Source: Macrostomum lignano
Taxonomy: Eukaryota
Direction: 5' to 3'
Assembly (NCBI GenBank): GCA_002269645.1
Contig: NIVC01002280.1
Span: 1 to 40,263, forward strand
Length of the DNA: 40,263 nt
Part shown: positions 30,263-40,263 of the stretch, one piece after another
How positions within the stretch are numbered: the stretch's first letter is position 1
Layout: every line of letters starts with the position of its first letter
Made by a program: the position numbers and the translations under genes
The notes under the pieces: model-generated
Told to the model about the DNA's origin: nothing
Databases searched by the model: none
The model's input: the letters and a program-made list of their open reading frames with translations, nothing else

Positions 30263-31464
30263 AAACCCTCCATCCTCTGCAGAGTAGTAGATCTCCGCTA
30301 AACCCTCCATCCTCTGAAGAGTAGTAGATCTCCGCTAAACCCTCCATCCTCTGCAGAATAGTAGATCTCCGCTAAACCCTCCATCCTCTGCAGAATAGTA
30401 GATCTCCGCTAAACCCTCCATCCTCTGCAGAGTAGATCTCCGCTAAACACTCCATCCTCTGCAGAATAGTAGATCTCCGCTAAACCCTCCATCCTCTGCA
30501 GAGTAGATCTCCGCTAAACCCTCCATCCTCTGCAGAGTAGATCTCCGCTAAACACTCCATCCTCTGCAGAGTAGATCTCCGCTAAAACCACCATCCTCTG
30601 CAGAGTAGTAGATCTCCGCTAAACCCTCCATCCTCTGAAGAGTAGTAGATCTCCGCTAAACCCTCCATCCTCTGCAGAATAGTAGATCTCCGCTAAACCC
30701 TCCATCCTCTGCAGAATAGTAGATCTCCGCTAAGCCCTCCATCCTCTGCAGAGTAGATCTCCGCTAAACCCTCCATCCTCTGCAGAATAGTAGATCTCCG
30801 CTAAGCCCTCCATCCTCTGAAGAGTAGATCTCCGCTAAACACTCCATCCTCTGCAGAGTAGATCTCCGCTAAAACCACCATCCTCTGCAGAGTAGTAGAT
30901 CTCCGCTAAACCCTCCATCCTCTGAAGAGTAGTAGATCTCCGCTAAACCCTCCATCCTCTGCAGAATAGTAGATCTCCGCTAAACCCTCCATCCTCTGCA
31001 GAATAGTAGATCTCCGCTAAGCCCTCCATCCTCTGCAGAGTAGATCTCCGCTAAACCCTCCATCCTCTGCAGAATAGTAGATCTCCGCTAAGCCCTCCAT
31101 CCTCTGAAGAGTAGATCTCCGCTAAGCCCTCCATCCTCTGAAGAGTAGATCTCCGCTAAGCCCTCCATCCTCTGAAGAGTAGATCTCCGCTAAACCCTCC
31201 ATCCTCTGAAGAGTAGATCTCCGCTAAACCCTCCATCCTCTGCAGAGTAGATCTCCGCTAAACCCTCCATCCTGTGCAGAGTAGATCTCCGCTAAACCCT
31301 CCATCCTCTGCAGAGTAGATCTCCGCTAAACCCTCCATCCTCTGCAGAGTAGATCTCCGCTAAACCCTCCATCCTCTGCAGAGTAGATCTCCGCTAAACC
31401 CTCCATCCTCTGCAGAGTAGATCTCCGCTAAACCCTCCATCCTCTGCAGAGTAGATCTCCGCTT
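30263..31464. repeat. 34/37-bp minisatellite (GATCTCCGCTAAACCCTCCATCCTCTGCAGAGTA[GTA]), about 34 copies
   Basis: Period 34 (31321 to 31355). Confidence 0.97.
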
Positions 31465-31573
31465 AAATTCTCTGCAAAGCACAGCTATGCACTGGCCATC
31501 CCACCAGTCAGAGAAGAGAGCAGTTTTCAAGCAGTACGCATAAAAGTCTGCTGAAATCAATCAGCCAGTCGGG

Positions 31574-31882
31574 TCAGTTCAGTCTGCCAACAGTATTGCC
31601 GAACCGCATGCCTCTGCGCTGCGGTGGTGCCGTCTTCGCCTCCTTGGCAGCAGCGGGGGCGGCCCCCTTGCGGCACCGAGTGCAGTAGCAGGTCAGGGCC
31701 ACCGCGGCAGCCAGCACCGCCACAGAGCAGCTGATCACCAGGTAGTGCCACCATTGAAGACGCACCGCGGCGCCTCCGACGCCTTCACCGCCAGTAGTCT
31801 GACTGTCGGCTCCGGTAGCAACAATCGGCAGGCTGCACAATTCAAATAAGGACGCAGCGATGCGGTAGGCCCGAGCGCTCAT
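31574..31882 (-). CDS. Small uncharacterised single-pass membrane protein (102 aa)
   Basis: Signal-like N-terminus, hydrophobic helix WWHYLVISCSVAVLAAAVALTCYC followed by basic TRCRK; a GC-rich island in AT-rich flanks. Confidence 0.6.
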   Translation of the reverse strand: MSARAYRIAASLFELCSLPIVATGADSQTTGGEGVGGAAVRLQWWHYLVISCSVAVLAAAVALTCYCTRCRKGAAPAAAKEAKTAPPQRRGMRFGNTVGRLN

Positions 31883-32486
31883 TGAAATTATGGAATTCGA
31901 TGAAATTTACTGAAGACTCAAATCATTTTGCATTTTTGATTGCCCATGTTATTTTTATCCATGCTGTAAATTTCTGAAATCTTATTCTCAGAATCATCCA
32001 ATTGCAAGCAGAGTAATATTTCTAGTCCGTACAGACCAATAGGAATTTGCTATTCAATTTTTCTGTCAAAGATATCCACCCGAAGCAAAACGTTTGAAGT
32101 AAAATAACACACTATAATTTATTATTATAAATCAAGTCTACAAAATGAAAATAGTTATTGATATTAACAAAAGACGAAAAATATTTAATCGAACTATGAA
32201 GCATGCAAATGAAAATATGAATTTAATATGTATCAAGACTACCAGAGCCTACCACAAACAATTCCGCAGTGGATATGCGCCAAATATAATAAAGTAGTAT
32301 TCTAGATTATTAACACAGAATAGTAAAAACGTAATGGCCATGCACTACTTGGATGAGAAAATTACAACTAATTAAAATAAAAGTCAAATATAAACAGGCA
32401 ACAGGATTGGCTATTCAGTGGCGTAAATAGGGGGGGGGATACGGGGATATACCCCCCATTTTGATGAACCAATGACGTTGTATTAA

Positions 32487-32800
32487 AAGTGACCTTGAAA
32501 ATTACCAAGGCCGTTTGTTTCTACTAGCTACCGGCTCAGATAAGTCACATGGCAATTGTTCTATCCAATGACAACGTCGTACTAACGAGCGCAGAAGTGA
32601 CCTTGGGAATCTCCCGACCGTTTGTTTCTAATAGTTGAATCGTTATATAGGCTCAGATCAGTCACGTGACAAATGTTTACTCCAATAACAACGTCGGTAT
32701 AGAAGTGACCTTGGAAAGGCCCCACCGTTTCTACTAATTACTACTAACTAAATCGTGATTGATCCAGTAGTCACGTGCCACATTCCGTCCAGTAACTAAT
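32487..32800. repeat. Degenerate 108-bp triplicate containing CCAAT and GTCACRTG motifs
   Basis: AAGTGACCTTG at 32487, 32595, 32703. Confidence 0.8.
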
Positions 32801-33049
32801 GGCTTATCATAGTTAGCGTACTGTAATTCTATTACCTTAACAGAATAGTGAACATAAAAAGCATTTGGTTATTAAGATTTCGTCCACTAATCCAGTAAAT
32901 GAATAAAAATCGACTTATTTAAATGTCAACTGAGCTTGGGCTCATGATAAAACTTTACCTAGTTTATGAGTTAAACAAACACAGATTAATTTAAACAAAG
33001 CTTCTCGATCTCACTCCAACCGAAACGCATCTAATCAGATAGCGACGAT

Positions 33050-34632
33050 TCACAATGGCGTTGAAATCTCGCGGTCGAACAGGCCGGAAAGCGACGTTGA
33101 CCTACGAGGCGGATACTCGGAAATCGGCGCCAGGCGTCGGTTGATGGTGAACCGGCTGGGACCGCCGCTTCCGCTGCTTCCGCCGCCGCCACCGTCAGGC
33201 AGAAACATGGCACCCCGCTGCGGCAGCCTTCTGCGCGCTCCGCTGCCGCCGCCGCCACCTCCTCCAGCGCCATTTTCCGCGCCGCCGCCTAGCGCGGACT
33301 TGAAGCCAACCAGAACGAAGCCCGGCTCGCGGCCCGACACGTGGCTGAGAGTCGGCCTTGGGGCCGAGTGTGACCGCTTCACCGCCGCAACTCGGCGATT
33401 CACCGACCCGCCGCCGCTGCCGCCGCCGCTGCCGCCGCCGCCTCCTCCGCCTGCTGCACCTCGCCGACCGCTCTTTGTCTTTGCAGTCTTTGTCTGCTTG
33501 AACGATGGCGCCGCCGGATCGTAGGTTTTGTTGCTGACTAAAAATCGTTTCAGACAGCGCTCGCTCCAGTCTAGCATTTGGGCAATTTTTGAGCACTGCT
33601 CAGGCGGACAGTCGGCTTGATCTTCAAGCAGCAACAGCACCTGCTTGAGCCGGCTTCTGGCTTCCAGGTACTCCGTTACCATCGGGCCGGGACTCGCGCC
33701 CGAACGAGCGTCGATCCACTTCTCCAGATCCCAGAGCATGGCCTTGAAGGACAGCAGATGCGGCTTGAGAAGGTCCAGCTGGGCCAGGACCGCCTGGGCC
33801 GAGCCGGGGTCACTCGGTGCATTCGAAATAGTGTCGAACTGAGCCGAGCCGCCCCAAAGCCGCTGATGTTGGACGCTGAGAAGTCGCCGCCGATGTTGTC
33901 AAATGATGTCATTGGCGGGGCAGACGTGGGTCCGTCGGGCGGCTCGCTGCCGTGACAATGTCGATGGTGTCGTTGGTGGCGTCGGTGACGGCGACTCACG
34001 CCGTCGTTGTCGCTATCGTCGTCGTTTTGTCGCCGACGCCGACGTTTTTCCAAGTAGACAAACAGGCCGAGAGCGGCGCCTGGAGCGACGCAGTTGAGGT
34101 TGATGGGGATCAGGGATTCTCAGTTTAGAGATTTTGGGTTCGAACTAATAGCTGGTGAGAATGCTAATTCATGATTAACTGTAGCTCCTAGCCAACAAAA
34201 ATCAATAAGAAAACAGCGACCGGGGACAGAGTAGCCGCGTCTGACTCATCTCTCGTTACGACCCTTGGTTCGATCCGTGCGCGGCCCAATTCATTTGTCG
34301 TGCGATTCACATGACATCCCCGAGGGCCAGCCCCCAAGGAACAGAGAGTGTACATGCCTGACGATTAGACAGTCAGGGCGGATGTGCACCCTGTGTGAGC
34401 GTGTGTACGAGTGCGTGCCTGCCTACAGAATTGTAAAGAATTGTAAAAGGATGCCACCGAACGCAAAATGCCCTCAACTTTCCTGTAAATATCCAGCTCG
34501 CATCAAGACCTAGCAAAGCAAGCAGCACATTCCAGACAATCTCACCAACAACCAGCAGGACAATCCATACCGAGACCGCAATCAGCGCGATCTCAGCAGC
34601 CGACAGGGACGAAGCCGTTTTGCTTTGATTTC
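33050..34632 (-). CDS. Uncharacterised type I membrane protein, 3' exons 34546-34632 (TM) and 33050-34079 (cytoplasmic); one -1 shift near 33855
   Basis: Phase-1 exons join GNQSK...AEIALIAVSVWIVLLVVG|AALGLFVYLEKRRRRR (sequon, TM, stop-transfer), then a helical region (LDLLKPHLLSFKAMLWDLEKWID...LDWSERCLKRF) and a Gly-rich tail. A further exon may end at 34943 (G|GTAACT). Confidence 0.7.
34237..34416 (+). mobile_element. Dispersed repeat family B, copy 2
   Basis: Similar to 16140-16346; lies in the intron of the type I membrane protein gene. Confidence 0.65.
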
Positions 34633-35080
34633 CTGTGACAGCTTTCAAGATAAATCCTTTAAAAAGTCTCTTTTCCGAGACCAACAGCTGACAGAGCGGT
34701 TGCTGAGCGTCGTAGCCAGTTCAAGATGAAGTCAGTCGATTGGTGGCAACTCTGTCTCATAGTATAAATCTGACTCCCTCAACCCTCAAAGCCCAGTGAA
34801 GATGGCACCTTCAGCTATAGTGTGAATTATTAATCAGAGATGGGCTTGTTTATTTGATGCAGCGCTCCAGCTGTCGCACAGAACTGTAATACGTTTACGG
34901 TCTGGTCGTCTCTTCCCTGGCCGCACTCTGTGCATGAGTTACCCGAGGCAGTCAGCTTTCCGTGGTCAAGAATAAGTCTGAGAAACGCCCAAGTCTAGCA
35001 CTAGGTAGCTGACGAGAGATGCCATTGAAATAGTCTAGCTGATACTCTCTCCTCTGTTGCCTCCAGTCGATAGAATGGAT

Positions 35081-35719
<639 letters not shown>

Positions 35720-35973
35720 TGTCGTGTCGTGGCTGGCTAGCCAAACTTGAGCCGCAAATGGGCGAGAGGTTGTTATTTATTGTAGTTGGCATTGCACATA
35801 GATGTACATGCAGATACGAGTAAAGCATCAGCTAATAGATTAGACGGTTAGGCATAAGCGTACATTGACAGACAGAGCAGGCGGGGAGAGAGCAAGCAGT
35901 CCTAAACTCAGCGCCAATAACAATTGGGGTGCAGCCCCACACTGCGCACTTCAAGTCAAGTCACGATACAACA
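35720..35973 (-). repeat. 3' LTR (254 bp)
   Basis: Differs from the other LTR only by two 1-bp indels in G/C runs (by-eye alignment). Confidence 0.97.
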
Positions 35974-35983
35974 TCCCCTCATC
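35974..35983 (-). promoter_or_regulatory. Polypurine tract GATGAGGGGA
   Basis: Purine run directly abutting the 3' LTR. Confidence 0.8.
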
Positions 35984-38900
35984 ACCAACGAGGAGACAGT
36001 CGGTCTGGGGCGACCCCTTTGGTCGACCTGCAGCTTCGTCGGGGCTCCGGTGTAGCTTCAGCGGCCTGCTGCGGTGGTGCCGCTGCGTCTGGCCGCTGGC
36101 TATCAGGTTCCGGGTTCCGGCCGCCTTCGTCAGGGTTCCGGCCGCCTTCGTCAGGGTTCCGGTCGCCGTCGTCAGGGCTCCGGCCGGCATCGTCAGGGTC
36201 CCGGCCGCTGTCGTCAGTGTTGTCCGTAACTTCCGCCCGGCTTGGACTCGGACGCAAGCGCAGCTGATCCCGGTGTGCCAGCACAGGCCTGTCATCCTTG
36301 TCCCGGGTGACCACGGCCGTGTTGTGGCCGGCCTGTACCACAAAGCGGACGGTCTCAGCCGGCCCCCCGGTCGCGACCGGTAGACGAGCGGCGCATCGGT
36401 GTCGAATTGGAGGGTCAGCGGACTTCGCAGCTGTCGCCCCATAAGCGCAGATGGACTGCCACGCCCGTCGCCCCGCGGAGTGGCCCGGTAGTTAAGCAGC
36501 AGCTTGGCGAGGTACGCGTCGAACCGGCCCTGGTGCACGGCGAAGGCCCGCAGCCCCTTCTTGACGGTCTGGACCATGCGCTCGGCGCACCCGTTTGACT
36601 GCGGATGATACGGCGGCGAGTGCATCGGCGAGCAGCCGATCTTCTTGAGCCACTCGTGCAGCTGCTGGTCACGGAACTCCGGAGCATTGTCCGCCACCAA
36701 GGTATGCGGCACACCCAGGCGGGAGAAAATCAGGCGGAGTACCTTGATGACCGTCGTCGCGCTCTTGTCGGCAACAGGCACCGCTTCCGGCCAGCCGGAG
36801 AAGGCGTCCACCACAATGAGCAGCAGGCCGAAGCCGGGAACGTGAGCATGGTCCATGTGCACACGTCTCCAGGGACCATCTTCAGCCGGCCAGGTGTGGC
36901 ACGTTCTGGCAGGCATTGGACGGATCTCCGCGCATCGCTGGCATTGCTTGACGAAGTTTTCGACGTCCTCGCAGTGACCCGGCCACCAGGCTTCCAGCTT
37001 GAGTCGATTTCTTGTCGCTAGGGCACCGCAGTGCGAGTCGCCGTGAGCCGCTCGCAGCACGTCTTGCCGCAGCCGGCTAGGCGGGACCACCAGGTCTCTC
37101 AGGCAGACGACGCCATTCTCCACTGAGAGCTGCTGGCGGACGGCTTTATACGGTCGCTCCGCTGCCGAGCAGTTGTTCCACGCATTGCTGCGGATCCTGC
37201 GCTTGACGCTGGCGAGTACCGGGTCATTGTCAGTGGCGTCTCTGATCTGCTCCAGCTTGAGCACCTCCGTCTCTGTCCAGTGAACGAAGCTTTCCTGGCA
37301 GTCGTCTCCATCGCCTTCCTCCTTGAATTCAATTCGAGACAGCGCGTCGACATGCGGGATGCAGCTGCCCTTGATGTACGAGATTTCGTAGTCGAAGGCC
37401 GACAGCTGCAACGCCCAGCGCATGATCCTAGCCGATGTGACCTTTGGAAGCTCCCGAGACGGACTAAAAATGAACTCCAATGGTTGATGATCGCACTGGA
37501 GCACAAACTTGCTGCCGAGAAGAAAGTGTCTGGCTCTCTGAGTAGCCCACACCACAGCCAGGGCCTCCCGCTCGATATTCGAGTAATTTCTCTCAGCCGG
37601 TGTCAGCCGTCTTGACAGGTACATCACTGGGTGCTCGTCCTGAGAGAGGATTGCTGCTATGGCCTTTTCGCTGGCGTCAGTAGTCAGAGTTGTGCGCTTT
37701 CTTGCATCGAAGATTCGGACCACTGGGGAAGCTGCAAGCGCCTGCTTGAGCTCGTCAAACGCTTTCTGCTGCCGAGGTCCCAATGGAACGCGACTTTCTT
37801 GCTCCGCAGCTCGGTCAGCGGCTCGGTCTTCTCCGAGTAGGACTTGATGTAGCGCGAGTAGTACACCGTCATTCCAGAAACGATTCGAGTTCCTTTTTGC
37901 TCGCCGGGGTGCTCACGCCGAGGATTTTCTCCACCAGCTTCCGATCAGGGCGCACGCCGTCAGCCGCGATGCGGTAGCCAAGGAAACTGATTTCCGTGCT
38001 GCGGAAAACGCACTTTTTTTCGTTGATTGACATGCCGGCATCAGAAAGCGCTCTCAGCAGGTCCCGGACTTTGCTGTCCAATTCGTCCGCTGTGGTGGCG
38101 CCAACGCACATGTCGTCTTGGTAGATCACCAGGTTGCTGACCGCACCGCCGACCGTTGCCTCCATGGCAGCCTGGAACTGCGCACTGGCCGTCTTCACCC
38201 CGTATGGCATGCGCGTCCATCTGAGCAGGCCTAGGGGCGTGTTGATGGTGAGTATTTCTCTGGAGGCCTCGTCTAGCTCAATCTGGTTGTAGGCATTTGT
38301 TAAGTCTACAATTGCGAAGTGCTTCATACCTGCCAGGGCACTGAAGGCTTGCTCGATGTTGGGCAGTGGGTAGGCGTCAGAGCAGATCTTCGGGTTCACC
38401 CCGACCTTGTAGTCGGAGCAGATTCTCAGGTCTCCGTCGGCCTTGCGCACCACCACAATGGGCGACGCCCAACTGCTGCCGCCTGGCGGCACGGGCTCGA
38501 GGATCCCGGCGTCGATCATCGTCCGCAGCTTAGCCACCACCAGCGGCTTGAGATGAATCGGGAGCGGCCGGGCATCGAAGAAGCTGGGCTGAGCGTTCTC
38601 CCTGAGCAGGACCGAGCACGGAAACCTTTGAGCTTGCCTAGCGGTTTGCTGCTGCGCTCCACTTGATTGACAGTCGCTGTGTCCAGCTTGAAGTCCAGCA
38701 CGTCTGTTCCGATGAGGCCGTGCTCCTTTGTGCATTCGGTGACCGTCACGTCCGCACAGGCGATTTGTCTCCCGACTTCGATGAGCGCCGTGAAGCATCC
38801 TCTAGTTCTGATGACCGTTCCGTCAAATTGTCGCAGTCTCAGCTTGGACTTTCGTAGCTTGGGCTCACCGAGGCTCCTCCAGAAGTTTATCGGAATGATG

Positions 38901-39846
38901 CTCGCACCGGATCCAGAGTCGAGCTGCATTTTGAACGGCTTGCCTTCAATGAGCACAGTTTTTATGCTGCCGCTTCCGCTCTCGTTGCCGACGATGGTGT
39001 AGATGCCTGCCTGCTCACACTCACTCGTGTCGATTTCATGGGCAGGTGCAACCGACTTGGACTTGGCGCTGCTCCTGCAGACTGCAGCAAAGTGGTTCCT
39101 GCGGTGGCACTTGTTACAGGTCTTCCCGAATGCAGGGCATTTGCCTGGCTGGTGCTGCAGACCACACGACCTGCACTGAGCACCGCTATTGCGGTTCCTG
39201 TCGATGCTGGCAACTGGTGTCGAACTCTCAGCCGTCTCGGAGCTTCTGCTAGGCTCTCGGGCTTCAGCAGATCGGTCGCTTGAGCTGTAGCTCTGGATGA
39301 GCTCTAACTGCTGGATGTACTGCAGACACGTGTCCAGAGTCACTGGATTCTCAGAGCTCTGAATGTGCTCAAGTGTTTTAGTCCGCTGGCTGTGGTCGCA
39401 CAAGCCGCTGATCAGCAGTGTTTGGATCAAGTCATCCTCGGCTGACTGTTTGCAGTCTTTTTCGTTGAGCTTGTCAAACTCACAGTGCTTTGCCGCGTCT
39501 CTCAAGCGCTCCGCGAACTGCTGGGCCGACTCTGTTGACAGCTGCCGCTGGGACATGAACCTTGTGCGCTCTGCAATCACCAGTTTCTTTTTGGGCTGGA
39601 GTCGCCGATGATCATTTTCTTGATGTCCTTGAAGGTCATATCCTCAATGTTTTTCGGCTTTGCCATGATAGAGACGGATCGGACTGCATTGATTCCTGCT
39701 CGAGCAAGGAAGAGGTCTGTCACCTGCTTCTCTTCGTTTGTATCTCGCAGTTTTTTGTGCCTGCACAGTGCTTCAAAACTTTGCAGCCAGGCCTCAGCCA
39801 TGGCTGGATCATTGAGAGGTAATTCACTGGCTGCTTGCGACGCCAT
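35982..39846 (-). CDS. Gag-Pol polyprotein (about 1289 aa if five single-base deletions are repaired)
   Basis: CRSCGLQHQPGKC and CNKCHRRNHFAAVC knuckles; protease LDSGSGASII; RT YQDDM; RNase H LTTDASEKAI and NYSNIEREALA; integrase HGDSH...CQRC, VHMDHA, ADNAPEF, PQSNGCAER; tail AHRDQLR...RRSCRSTKG. 3865 nt + 5 = 1290 codons. Confidence 0.93.
39831..39845 (-). promoter_or_regulatory. Primer-binding site TGGCGTCGCAAGCAG (tRNA 3' end complement, possibly tRNA-Ser)
   Basis: Starts 1 nt inside the 5' LTR end with TGG; its reverse complement ends ...GCGACG-CCA. The tRNA identity is an inference. Confidence 0.75.

Positions 39847-40263
<417 letters not shown>

Noticed and set aside
1081-31464. Arrays with 21-37-bp units as CRISPR arrays
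   Set aside because: Head-to-tail units with no unique spacers, no cas genes, and a eukaryotic intron context.
35865-36383. Env-like or antisense accessory ORF at the 3' end of the retrotransposon
   Set aside because: It overlaps the integrase tail repeat and the LTR, has no signal peptide or TM pattern, and there is no room between IN and the PPT.
37684-39846. Programmed ribosomal frameshifting between gag, protease, RT and RNase H
   Set aside because: There are five breaks, several inside conserved motifs (e.g. FLG-MTVYY, W-GPRQQ), no slippery heptamers, and all are fixed by one added base; more likely sequence errors.

Overview
Eukaryotic (metazoan) genomic DNA. GC-rich exons with minisatellite-packed introns suggest a free-living flatworm such as Macrostomum; this is an inference. 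(1) 599-26308, minus strand: the 5' part of a HERC2 E3 ligase gene. I could walk 18 exons with consistent GT-AG sites and phases, covering a degenerate RLD1, cyt-b5-like, MIB/HERC2, UBA-like, CPH, ZZ, DOC and the start of RLD2; the gene runs off the left edge. 17 of its 18 introns carry their own, mostly unrelated, tandem array. (2) A ~1.5-kb stretch with no CpG lies in the 2.15-kb head-to-head gap between HERC2 and a 3-exon EFCAB2/DRC8 gene (28458-29235, +). (3) Two uncharacterised single-pass membrane protein genes (minus strand) and a doubtful small plus-strand coding remnant. (4) A compact, very young Ty3/gypsy Mag-type LTR retrotransposon (35720-40098, minus) inserted into a pure (GATA)n array with a 5-bp TSD. 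About a dozen apparent frameshifts are consistent with single-base deletions and look like long-read consensus errors. Most long ORFs in the supplied track are translations of intronic repeats, not genes. No rRNA, tRNA or CRISPR array was found.
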